A DNA stretch of 23,877 nt from Pseudomonadota bacterium. Its GTDB lineage: Bacteria > Bdellovibrionota_B > Oligoflexia > Oligoflexales > CAIMVM01. The notes under the pieces are model-generated. The model ran no database searches, had not been told where the DNA came from, and saw only the letters and a list, made by a program, of their open reading frames with translations. This document shows positions 8,716 to 16,727 of the stretch, in pieces. The translations under genes and the position numbers were made by a program. The stretch is from positions 1-23,877 of the forward strand of contig JBAXBA010000054.1 of NCBI GenBank assembly GCA_037142195.1, written 5' to 3'. Numbering within the stretch: the first letter of the stretch is position 1; every line of letters starts with the position of its first letter.

Positions 8716-9453
8716 ATGATGGTAATTGCGCCTCACATTTTATTTATCACTTCTGCTGCTGTGCTCGACGGTGTTGCCACCTCTCAGCAAGTGATCTTTC
8801 TTGTTGTGCTTTTGGGATCACGGAAGCCTATTTACAATTCCACCGCCTATATTGCGGGCATTGTCGGCGCATATGTATTGTGCGGCTTAGTGGGTTTGCT
8901 TTCCATCGACCAACTGAATGCATTTCTGAAAAAGTTTTTCCCTTCCCTACCGGAACAGCAGAGTCCTTCGTACTATCAAGCACAGCTCGTGCTGGGAATG
9001 ATTCTTGTTGTCGTGGGGATAAACCTTTTTAGAAAGCGAAAATCATCTGGCGGAGCTTCCCAAAATAGGCTGTTAAACAAGCTTAAAGACGTAAATCCCA
9101 CCTTTGCGTTTCTGTTTGGAGCCTTCATTTCCTCCACCAGTTTTCCAACCGCCCTACCCTATATTGGCGCCCTCGAAAAACTTTCTACATCGACCTTAGG
9201 CTTTACTAGCCAAGTCGGGTTGCTTCTCTATTACAACTTCATATACATTCTTCCAACCGCCATCCCTTTTGTGATCTTTTTAGTGCTTCGAAAGCATAGC
9301 GCCGACATCGAAAAACGCATTCACTTTCACGCGGAATGGGTCAACTCATTTGTAAGTGTGCTCATGTTTGCGGGCATTGGGATCTACTTTGTGGCCGACT
9401 CGTTCTGTTACATGCTCTTCAATCATCCCATTTTCAAGGCAAGGCTTTTCTAA
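8716..9453 (+). CDS. GAP / Sap (sulfolipid-1-addressing, LysE-superfamily) membrane protein
   Basis: About 6 hydrophobic segments; AVLDGVAT near the N-terminus, FPTALPYIGALEKL, LLYYNFIYILP; 245 aa. Confidence 0.7.
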   Translation: MMVIAPHILFITSAAVLDGVATSQQVIFLVVLLGSRKPIYNSTAYIAGIVGAYVLCGLVGLLSIDQLNAFLKKFFPSLPEQQSPSYYQAQLVLGMILVVVGINLFRKRKSSGGASQNRLLNKLKDVNPTFAFLFGAFISSTSFPTALPYIGALEKLSTSTLGFTSQVGLLLYYNFIYILPTAIPFVIFLVLRKHSADIEKRIHFHAEWVNSFVSVLMFAGIGIYFVADSFCYMLFNHPIFKARLF

Positions 9454-9845
9454 CCGGAGTCATTCAAATATCTAAAACCTGGACAGTTATTTCTATGATT
9501 CCATCCGCCTCAGAAGTAAACCCTAACCAGCCCCTGCAGTTACCAAAAGATGCGGGAACAAAGGCATTTTTAGAAATGAGTCCCTGATTTTTCCAAGTGA
9601 GCCGCCCTGCAAGACAGTCTCCCAGTCTTTTTCAAATTCAGCTCCGAAAAATAGAAGCTTTTCGTATTTTTTAAGTGGCACTTTGCTTTCCAACTTTTAA
9701 CTTTGATGGCTTTATCCCTTGGTGTCACATAGAATGCTAGCCAAGTTACTGTTTTAATTAAGGTAAATAACACAAAATAAGTCTCTTAAAAATTTCCTTT
9801 ACGTTTTTCGCAAGGTTCCGAAACGTCTTGTCGAGGGAGGAATGA

Positions 9846-10142
9846 ATGATGAAGCAGATAACCCCAGTACCGATAGAGATTTTTATAAACAAATCCCTTC
9901 AACACGCAAGAGTATTAAAAATAATAGAGCCGTGGAATATGGAGCCCGAGCATATTGTCGGTAATCTTTTAAATTATTTCAAAAAAATCGGCCTCGAATA
10001 TGTCCACCCTATAAAAGAAGGTGACATGGCTCTAGAGTTAGTTCTTTCTATTTTGAAAAACTCACCTGAACTAAAATCAAGACTCCTTGAAATCCAAAGA
10101 AACTCGGAAGATGCCATGATGCGTCGTAAACGTTCTGGTTGA
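9846..10142 (+). CDS. Hypothetical protein (98 aa)
   Basis: Strong GAGGGAGG Shine-Dalgarno just upstream; stops 12 nt from the convergent riboflavin synthase stop; no family recognised. Confidence 0.7.
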   Translation: MMKQITPVPIEIFINKSLQHARVLKIIEPWNMEPEHIVGNLLNYFKKIGLEYVHPIKEGDMALELVLSILKNSPELKSRLLEIQRNSEDAMMRRKRSG

Positions 10143-10154
10143 GGTGAGCCTTAT

Positions 10155-10772
10155 CTAGAGAGGAGTTAACTTAGCTTGATAGAGCTTGGCAACGACAGAT
10201 TCCACCTGATCGACAATCGTCCTCGTCGATTGATCTACCTCTACATTGATGAGATCGCCCAACTGAACCTCTTTGAATTTAGTTACTTTCAGGGTTTCAG
10301 GAATGAGAGCGACAGAAAACACATGATCTCCAACAGAAACCACCGTAAGTGAAGCACCTGCTAGGGAAATAAAGCCTTTTTCAAATATATATTTACTAAG
10401 TTGGGGGCTTACCTCGATACTCATCACCCAAGGGCTCGTTTGTAAGGAAACAACCCTTCCCACGCCGTGGACGTGACCTGATACAAGATGACCACCAAGT
10501 TCATCGCCTAATTTTAGGGAACGCTCTATATGAACCTTAGAATCTTTCTTGAGTGAACCTAGGGTTGTTTTAGATAGAGTTTCTGAAATGACGTCAAAAA
10601 AGATTACATCGTTTTCCTGCTTTACTGCTGTAAGGCACACCCCATCGACAGCCACGCTAGCACCTATATTTAACCCTTGCCCATGAGCTGTCTTGATGCC
10701 TAGTTTTAAAATATTTCCAGACAGAGTTGCCTCTGTAACGTAGCCGACTCCTGCAATAATACCAGTAAACAC
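10155..10772 (-). CDS. ribE: Riboflavin synthase (alpha chain)
   Basis: N-terminal MFTGII, GASVAVDGVCLT, ETLSKTTLG, LGGHLVSGHV, KGFISLAGASLTV, LIPETL, INVEVD; GTG start with AAGGAG Shine-Dalgarno. Called ribC in E. coli. Confidence 0.95.
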   Translation of the reverse strand: MFTGIIAGVGYVTEATLSGNILKLGIKTAHGQGLNIGASVAVDGVCLTAVKQENDVIFFDVISETLSKTTLGSLKKDSKVHIERSLKLGDELGGHLVSGHVHGVGRVVSLQTSPWVMSIEVSPQLSKYIFEKGFISLAGASLTVVSVGDHVFSVALIPETLKVTKFKEVQLGDLINVEVDQSTRTIVDQVESVVAKLYQAKLTPL

Positions 10773-10821
10773 AATAGCTCCTTAAATACATAACCAAAAG
10801 CGAGAGCGTAGCTCGAAATCT

Positions 10822-10848
10822 AAAAAAAAAGAACCTCAAAGGAGGTTC
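10822..10848 (-). terminator. Rho-independent terminator
   Basis: Minus strand GAACCTC-CTTT-GAGGTTC followed by T9; 31 nt after the micro-ORF stop and about 50 nt before the ribE start. Confidence 0.85.
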
Positions 10849-10879
10849 AGAGATCCTAGACAAGAAATCCAGTGACTTC

Positions 10880-11011
10880 CTACATGCGGCCAGACCTGCT
10901 ATTTCGGCTCCGGGGCTGTTTTACGCGAATGGGAATCATTTTAGGCTTTGGAACCTGGGCAATAAGAAGTCCTGATCCAATGATCACAAGAATACCGAGT
11001 AGTATTTCCAT
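10880..11011 (-). CDS. Unannotated 43-aa single-pass membrane micro-protein MEILLGILVIIGSGLLIAQVPKPKMIPIRVKQPRSRNSRSGRM
   Basis: Manual translation; perfect TAAGGAGG Shine-Dalgarno (11019-11026) 7 nt before the ATG; hydrophobic residues 3-18 then a basic tail; own downstream terminator. Below the ORF-track size cut-off. Confidence 0.75.
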   Translation of the reverse strand: MEILLGILVIIGSGLLIAQVPKPKMIPIRVKQPRSRNSRSGRM

Positions 11012-11073
11012 AACCTGCCCTCCTTAATCCCTAATCCTATCGGACAAACCATGAAGGAAACTTAAGGCAAATC

Positions 11074-12465
11074 TTACTTTTTGCTCCCAAGGCCAAAAAG
11101 TGACCTATCCATAATGATTTGGGCCACCGAGGCAGGTACAAAGCTTTCCCAGCCGTTTGACATTGTCTCAATCATTTTATGGACTTGCTCTTGACTTAGG
11201 TACTTAGCTGTCTCCTCACTAGAGGGTATTTCCTCTACCCCCCCGCCTTCCATCAAATACCGCACGAGGTGATTCGTCTTAGAATCTAAAGAAATTTGGC
11301 TAAGGCGCAGCGCTCCTTTGTCCATCACAATTGGATAGAAGTACTGTTTCGTGCCGTGGGACAACATGCGACCCAAAGCCTCTAATATTCCGCCATTCAC
11401 ATGCTTGTAGGTATCTGAAGCGAAAAAATTTTGAAGCCTATGGGTGCCTTGAACTAGGGCCCTTTGACAGGTGCTATATCGATGAAGATATTCTACCAAG
11501 CTGTAATCATCTTGCAGGGACGTCACAAGGGTGGGAATTCCAATACTTGCTAACATATCGACTCGAGCCAAAAAGTCAAAGGGGTCAAAGCGTCCATCTT
11601 GGGTCAATTCAAACATGGAGATCTCTGCTAAGGCTAGAACCCGACTGGGATCTACTCCTTCACTCGCTTTAAGTCTCGCGACTCCAGCCTCAATCATCTG
11701 CTGAGTTGCAATCGTAATCGGCCTGAAATGGCCTCTTAGAGCTAGAATATGTTTGCGATAGAGGTAATCAGATGGGCTCGTTGGTTGGCCGGTATGATCA
11801 AAAATAACTGCTTCGGTCAACTTTTCTCTTACAAGCTCAATTTCCATCAGACGGTTGTCCAAACCTTCAAATGCCGGCCCTGTAAACCTGATCGCATCTA
11901 CTTCAAGGCGCCCTTCTTCAAGGTCATCTCCCAAAGACTTTATAAAAGCAATGGGATTGTTTAAATAAAACAGGGTGGCATAAATTAAATTAACGCCTAC
12001 AACCCCGATCGTTTCTTGTTGAGCAATAGCTTGTGCATCGGTCATACGAACATGAATACGGACTTCACTGGGATAACTTCCAGGGCTAGACTGAAATCGG
12101 ATACCAACCCAACCATGCCCTGGGGACCTGTTCGCGTAGCTGCCCGTGGCTACCGTATTGGCAAATGAAAAAAAACAAGTTGGTTCTTTGCGTCGCCCTT
12201 CTAGGCGCTCCATAATCAGATCGAATTCGCGAAGCAGCATTTTTTGAAGTCGAGGTTCACAAACATAGCGTCCGCTTTCCTCAGGGCCGTATATCGCGTC
12301 AGAAAAAATCATGTCATAGGCTGACATAGTTTTAGTTATCGTTGCGGAAGCTCCCCCCGCTTGGAAAAAAAATCTGGCTGTCTCTTGACCAGCACCGATT
12401 TCTGCAAAGGTACCATAAATTTTCTTGAGACTATTAATCTTGCGTGCTTTTTCAAGTGTCGACAT
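11074..12465 (-). CDS. Conserved cytoplasmic protein: CinA/PncC-like N-domain fused to a HIGH-superfamily nucleotidyltransferase-like C-domain (family often labelled nicotinate-nucleotide adenylyltransferase or, wrongly, TonB-dependent receptor)
   Basis: Family signature IYGTFAEIGAGQE...AGGAS.TI.KTMSAYDM.FSDAIYG, GHGWVGIRFQ, LRGHFRPIT; no signal peptide or beta-barrel features. Confidence 0.65.
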   Translation of the reverse strand: MSTLEKARKINSLKKIYGTFAEIGAGQETARFFFQAGGASATITKTMSAYDMIFSDAIYGPEESGRYVCEPRLQKMLLREFDLIMERLEGRRKEPTCFFSFANTVATGSYANRSPGHGWVGIRFQSSPGSYPSEVRIHVRMTDAQAIAQQETIGVVGVNLIYATLFYLNNPIAFIKSLGDDLEEGRLEVDAIRFTGPAFEGLDNRLMEIELVREKLTEAVIFDHTGQPTSPSDYLYRKHILALRGHFRPITIATQQMIEAGVARLKASEGVDPSRVLALAEISMFELTQDGRFDPFDFLARVDMLASIGIPTLVTSLQDDYSLVEYLHRYSTCQRALVQGTHRLQNFFASDTYKHVNGGILEALGRMLSHGTKQYFYPIVMDKGALRLSQISLDSKTNHLVRYLMEGGGVEEIPSSEETAKYLSQEQVHKMIETMSNGWESFVPASVAQIIMDRSLFGLGSKK

Positions 12466-12626
12466 GAGAACCCATAGTTCGAAGAAAGATTATCCTTCCC
12501 ATAATCACGATCATACCAGTCTTTGCATGAGAGGCTATCGGCAATTTTTTACCTAAGGAACTCCTATGAGATCGACTTTCCTCAAGTCCCAACACACTGA
12601 AGACCCCTATTCCTCCTACCAGGAAA

Positions 12627-13616
12627 CTACATGGTAGCTGGTGCTGTGCACTGCTTCATTTCGAAATTCAAGTCATAAGTCCAGGCGTTCCAACCTGTAG
12701 AGTCATCAGTCCCAAACTTTACTTCACCCCCAGAGAAAGTATCTGAAAATGCACCCTTGACATAAAGGTAAGTAGACAAGGTGCCGTTTGTAATATTTGA
12801 GGTTCCAGGATCCACTACAAACCAATATTTCGTTCCTGAAGTAAGAGCTACAGGCTCGCTAAATGTAAAGGTCACAGCGCCTAGGGCTGTTCCCACGGCT
12901 GTCCCTTGCACCGTCGCAGTGCCTAAATCCAAAACTTCAGGATTCCCGCTGACACTCGAGTTTGATCGAAGCCTAAGCACCACCGTATCTAAACTAGCTG
13001 TCTGGCCTTTATACAAGTTCAGGGTAACCTTAGCCAAATCGAGATTGGAGGAAGGCGTAAAGGATTGAGCCATAACTAAGTTGGGAGATTCATAAGCAAG
13101 AGTGGAGGTACCAGCCGAGTTAGAAAGTTCGGAAACGGCCGTTTGGCTCGAACAGTAGTCGCCAGTCCCGGTAACGGAAAACTCTGGACTCGTTTGTCCA
13201 CTGTAACTGAAAACAAGTGCATCCTTATGGGGAACAGCTGTATAGACGGGGACAGTTGGCGCATACTCCACAACCACCTTACAACTTGCCCCACCGGCCA
13301 ATGAGTCGGTACAAGTACCACCAGTGCCGGGAAAGGTTCCCCCTTTTAATGAAAACGGCGCTTCTAGGCCCGTTTCACTCAATGTGGTAGCACTCTCTTC
13401 ACCTGTATTGGAAACAACGATCGTAACCTCTTTTTTCTGACCTTGAGCCACCGTGCCAAATTCATAAGTTTGGGCATCTGAAGCGCCCTCAACTCCCATG
13501 CTCAATGATGCTGGGCTCTTTTTTTCCTCTTTTTTGCTACAAGCAAAGATCCCTGCCGGCACTGAAACCGACAGCAGAAGAAAACCATACTTTGTGAGAT
13601 TTGATTTATTTTTCAT
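12627..13616 (-). CDS. Surface lipoprotein with an Ig-like (ASH / choice-of-anchor D type) domain and a C-terminal beta-sandwich (choice-of-anchor R-like)
   Basis: Start moved from 13748 to ATG 13616 (AAGGA Shine-Dalgarno, lipobox IFAC); YEFGTV...VSNTG...GTC...LAGGASC.V.VEYAP; MAQSFTP...LTSGTKYWFVV. Confidence 0.7.
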   Translation of the reverse strand: MKNKSNLTKYGFLLLSVSVPAGIFACSKKEEKKSPASLSMGVEGASDAQTYEFGTVAQGQKKEVTIVVSNTGEESATTLSETGLEAPFSLKGGTFPGTGGTCTDSLAGGASCKVVVEYAPTVPVYTAVPHKDALVFSYSGQTSPEFSVTGTGDYCSSQTAVSELSNSAGTSTLAYESPNLVMAQSFTPSSNLDLAKVTLNLYKGQTASLDTVVLRLRSNSSVSGNPEVLDLGTATVQGTAVGTALGAVTFTFSEPVALTSGTKYWFVVDPGTSNITNGTLSTYLYVKGAFSDTFSGGEVKFGTDDSTGWNAWTYDLNFEMKQCTAPATM

Positions 13617-13655
13617 GGCGTGTCCTTTTTCCAAATAAGCGAAACTTGAATTTAT

Positions 13656-13710
13656 AAGAATTATTCTTGCTCTATTATAGTCATCTTTTAACAACTTGAG
13701 AATGTTCTCA
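13656..13710 (-). promoter_or_regulatory. Putative sigma70 promoter (TTCTCA-N17-TATAAT) overlapped by two related palindromes
   Basis: Minus-strand -35 at 13702-13697 and -10 at 13679-13674; palindromes TGAGAA-TG-TTCTCA (13697-13710) and AAGAAT-T-ATTCTT (13656-13668). Confidence 0.55.
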
Positions 13711-13851
13711 CAAAATGAAATCAAAAATTCTATTTCATACCTGCTCAATCTTTCTTTGTTTCCTTTCGTTTGGGATTTTCAGCCCCCTTGGGTGACTTTA
13801 CCTAAAAGTCAGGAGGACTCCCATTGTAATTCCAAAATCGAAAGGATGGCC

Positions 13852-14601
13852 TTAAGCCAAAGTTGACCCACTTAACTGTGCTTCTAATAGACTTTTTCCC
13901 GAACTTGTTCCTAAACGAGTTGCTCCAGCAGAAACGAGATCAAATGCGAGCTTAAAGTCCTTAATTCCACCACTTGCTTTTATGCCAAGCTTTCTATGGA
14001 ATTTTTGATCTAATTCTTGGAGCCTTGCCTGAATGATCTTCACATCGTCCACGCTTGCCCCCCTGCTTGCATAGCCGGTTGACGTCTTTATAATGTGAAC
14101 GCCAGCTTCAAATGCGATCTCCGTCGCCGTTGAAATTTCTAAAGGAGTTAAGAAAGCTGTTTCTAGAATGACTTTAACCAGGCAACCCTCTGCCGCAGCC
14201 ACAATAGCCGACATCTCTCTATGTAAATCCTTGTGCATCCCACCTTTGAGCCAGGCGATATTTTGCACAAAATCTATTTCCACGGCTCCTAACTGGATCG
14301 CCTCGGAAACCTCGGCACACTTAATTGAAGTCGATTGATAGCCCAAAGGAAACCCAGCGACAGTGCAAAGCAGCACAGGAGAAGTCCCTAATTGGGTCCT
14401 TGCCAGAGGCAGTGCCGATGGGGGTATGCAAATCGCCCTGAAACCTAATTGAGTAGCTTCTTGGGTGAGACTTTCTATACTACTTTCTAAGTAGTCAGGT
14501 TTTAGGAGCGTGCTATCAATTAAAGGAGCTAATGACTTTTGATGGTTAAGCGCTGCCTCATGATTTAAGAAGTCGACTTCCAAAGATGGATGAGCAAACA
14601 T
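13852..14601 (-). CDS. deoC: Deoxyribose-phosphate aldolase
   Basis: IDSTLLKP, TVAGFPLG, GAVEIDFV, KVILET, IKTSTGY, GIKASGGI, GATRLGTSSG. Confidence 0.95.
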   Translation of the reverse strand: MFAHPSLEVDFLNHEAALNHQKSLAPLIDSTLLKPDYLESSIESLTQEATQLGFRAICIPPSALPLARTQLGTSPVLLCTVAGFPLGYQSTSIKCAEVSEAIQLGAVEIDFVQNIAWLKGGMHKDLHREMSAIVAAAEGCLVKVILETAFLTPLEISTATEIAFEAGVHIIKTSTGYASRGASVDDVKIIQARLQELDQKFHRKLGIKASGGIKDFKLAFDLVSAGATRLGTSSGKSLLEAQLSGSTLA

Positions 14602-14658
14602 AAAGGATCCTTAAGTTCATAGTTTCGTCTATAATACGGCTAAGGGAGTGGCAAGAAA

Positions 14659-15471
14659 ATGCATTATATTCACAATCTAAATCCCATCGCCTTGCAACTG
14701 GGTGAGTTGATTATACCTTGGTATTGGCTTGTCTATCTCGTAGGTTTTTTTTACATCTATTTTTGTGGTCAGTGGCTTATCAAGCACTTCCAACTCCAAG
14801 TCACTTCTTCAGACTGGAGCGACTCTCTGGTTGCTGGTTGGGTGGGCTTGTTTTTGGGAGCCCGCCTGGGGTATTTTTCCCTATATCAACCTGAAATGCT
14901 TCGAAGCGATCCTGCCGTTTTGCTTCGCATCTGGGCTGGGGGCATGAGTTTTCACGGGGGGATATTCGGCGCGGGGCTTGCTATTTTAATAGTCGGCTTT
15001 TGGAAACGAAAAAGCGTATGGCCTATTTTAGACACCATCTGCACCCTTTTGCCCCTTTGCCTTGGAATGGGCCGACTTGCTAACTTTATAAATGGCGAGT
15101 TAGCAGGGCGTCCGACAAACGTTCCCTGGGCGGTCGTTTTTCCCGAACTTTATGACTCGCTCCCCCGCCACCCCTCCCAGATCTATGAGGCCCTAGGAGA
15201 GGGACTCATCTTAGGTTTGATTTTGTGGACAGGCCGAAAAAACATCCTTATGGCAGCACGCCAAACAGCTCTTTTTGCACTGTCCTATAGCATCATCAGA
15301 TTCTTTTTAGAGTTTTTTAGAGAACCCGACCCCCAATTGGGTTTACTCGCAGGGAGCTTGTCCATGGGTCAAATTCTTTGCGGATTCTTTTTTGTCCTAG
15401 GCCTGATTCTTTTTAGGAGATCTAGACCTACCACTCGCCCTGATTTTTCCGAGACTGCCAAGGTTCTTTAG
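14659..15471 (+). CDS. lgt: Prolipoprotein diacylglyceryl transferase
   Basis: GARLGY, GGMSFHGG, GRLANFINGELAGR, RHPSQIYE, RFFLEFFREPD, SMGQIL. Confidence 0.95.
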   Translation: MHYIHNLNPIALQLGELIIPWYWLVYLVGFFYIYFCGQWLIKHFQLQVTSSDWSDSLVAGWVGLFLGARLGYFSLYQPEMLRSDPAVLLRIWAGGMSFHGGIFGAGLAILIVGFWKRKSVWPILDTICTLLPLCLGMGRLANFINGELAGRPTNVPWAVVFPELYDSLPRHPSQIYEALGEGLILGLILWTGRKNILMAARQTALFALSYSIIRFFLEFFREPDPQLGLLAGSLSMGQILCGFFFVLGLILFRRSRPTTRPDFSETAKVL

Positions 15472-15847
15472 GAGCAAGGCTAACGCCTTTTTGAAGCAAC
15501 TCAATAGAATGTCCGTCTGGGGACTTGATAAAAGCCATGTGACCATCCCGCGGGGGGCGGAGAATGTCCACGCCTTTTGCTTCTATATCTGCACAAAACT
15601 TATAAATATCATCCACTTCAAAAGCAATATGCCCAAAAAAACGACCGGAGGAATAGGGCTCTTTTTGATCCCAGTTATGGGTCAATTCAATTTCGGCTCC
15701 CCCGTTTTCTGCATTCAGAAAAACCAAAGTAAAACGTCCCTCTGAGAAGTCTCGGCGCGACCTTTCCTTGAGACCAAGCTTGGAAACAAAAAAATCTAAA
15801 GCCAGATCTAAATCCTTCACACGTAGCATGGTATGCAACAATCGCAT
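15428..15847 (-). CDS. gloA: Lactoylglutathione lyase (glyoxalase I, VOC family)
   Basis: LHTMLRV.DL, FTLVFL, IELTHNWD, FGHIAFEVDDI, MAFIKSPDGHSIELLQ. Confidence 0.9.
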   Translation of the reverse strand: MRLLHTMLRVKDLDLALDFFVSKLGLKERSRRDFSEGRFTLVFLNAENGGAEIELTHNWDQKEPYSSGRFFGHIAFEVDDIYKFCADIEAKGVDILRPPRDGHMAFIKSPDGHSIELLQKGVSLAPKEPWQSRKNQGEW

Positions 15848-15970
15848 GGAACCCCCTTTGAGCCTAAATAGTAATCAAGCCCTTAGGTGTAACATCCTCA
15901 AAGCAAATAAAAAAGTAGAATAACTCTCCTTTTTTTGGCACAATGAGATTTTCGTCACAGGAGAATCAGA

Positions 15971-16153
15971 GTGGGCACAAAAGAGAAACCATATGGTGAA
16001 GAGTTCGAAAAAACAATTATCGCATCGATGATTGGGCTTATCATTTTGGCGTTTGTCGGCGTAGCTGTGCTTTGGAAAAAATTTCCACCCTTTTGCAACA
16101 CTGCGGACTATACCTATTGCGGGGATGAGCCCAAAATAGGCGCTCCCCACTAG
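15971..16153 (+). CDS. Small single-pass membrane protein (60 aa) with a C-terminal Cys pair
   Basis: GTG start with AGGAG Shine-Dalgarno; transmembrane segment TIIASMIGLIILAFVGVAVLW; ends 4 nt before the next ATG. Confidence 0.7.
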   Translation: MGTKEKPYGEEFEKTIIASMIGLIILAFVGVAVLWKKFPPFCNTADYTYCGDEPKIGAPH

Positions 16154-16157
16154 GCAT

Positions 16158-16727
16158 ATGCCCGGACACATAAAAACTTTTAAGAATGCTCTCCCAGCTG
16201 CTCTGTGCCGGGAGGCTATTTCTTTATTTGAAAAAGATTCTAGGGTTAAACCCGATCCCCAGCCCGACTATTCCAAACGGCACTTTCTAAAGCTTACCGG
16301 CACTCCAGGTTGGCAGGACATAGAAAGACGTATGCAAAAGCATATGGACGCTGTAACTCAAAGCTATTTTGCCCCCATTCGAGGCCTAGAGGAAATTGCC
16401 ATCCCGGAATGGTCTGACGATGGACTTGTCATGTCGAGATACAATCCAGGTGACATTTGTGCTCTCCATGTAGACGGACAAACTGCAGCTCCGTCTGGAA
16501 ATGGACTTCGACTGGCAACCCTTTTGTTTTTTTTAAACACGGTAGAAAAAGGTGGAGAGACTTGGTTTCCTTTTCAAAAGACAAAAGTTAAGCCTGAGTT
16601 GGGCACTGCTGTTATGTTTCCGGTTTCCTTTACCCATCCCCATGAAGTTTTAAAGACCTATGAAAAAAGATATATTATCCAGACTTGGATCATCGATCCG
16701 TATTTGGTAGTGGAACCACGTTCCTAG
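16158..16727 (+). CDS. 2OG-Fe(II) oxygenase (prolyl-hydroxylase-like)
   Basis: RYNPG..LHVD (HxD), TLLFFLN...GGETWF, KPELGTAVMFP, HPHEV, RYIIQTW. Confidence 0.85.
   Translation: MPGHIKTFKNALPAALCREAISLFEKDSRVKPDPQPDYSKRHFLKLTGTPGWQDIERRMQKHMDAVTQSYFAPIRGLEEIAIPEWSDDGLVMSRYNPGDICALHVDGQTAAPSGNGLRLATLLFFLNTVEKGGETWFPFQKTKVKPELGTAVMFPVSFTHPHEVLKTYEKRYIIQTWIIDPYLVVEPRS

Noticed and set aside
8418..8717. Short ORFs 8418-8612 and 8535-8717
   Set aside because: The DFTKIEP duplication simply reflects the DNA repeat; no ribosome-binding site or transposase similarity.
10773..11073. FMN riboswitch upstream of ribE
   Set aside because: Conserved RFN motifs are absent; the space is explained by a micro-ORF and a terminator.
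11074..12465. TonB-dependent receptor label commonly attached to this family
   Set aside because: No signal peptide, plug or amphipathic beta-barrel pattern; the sequence looks alpha/beta and cytoplasmic.
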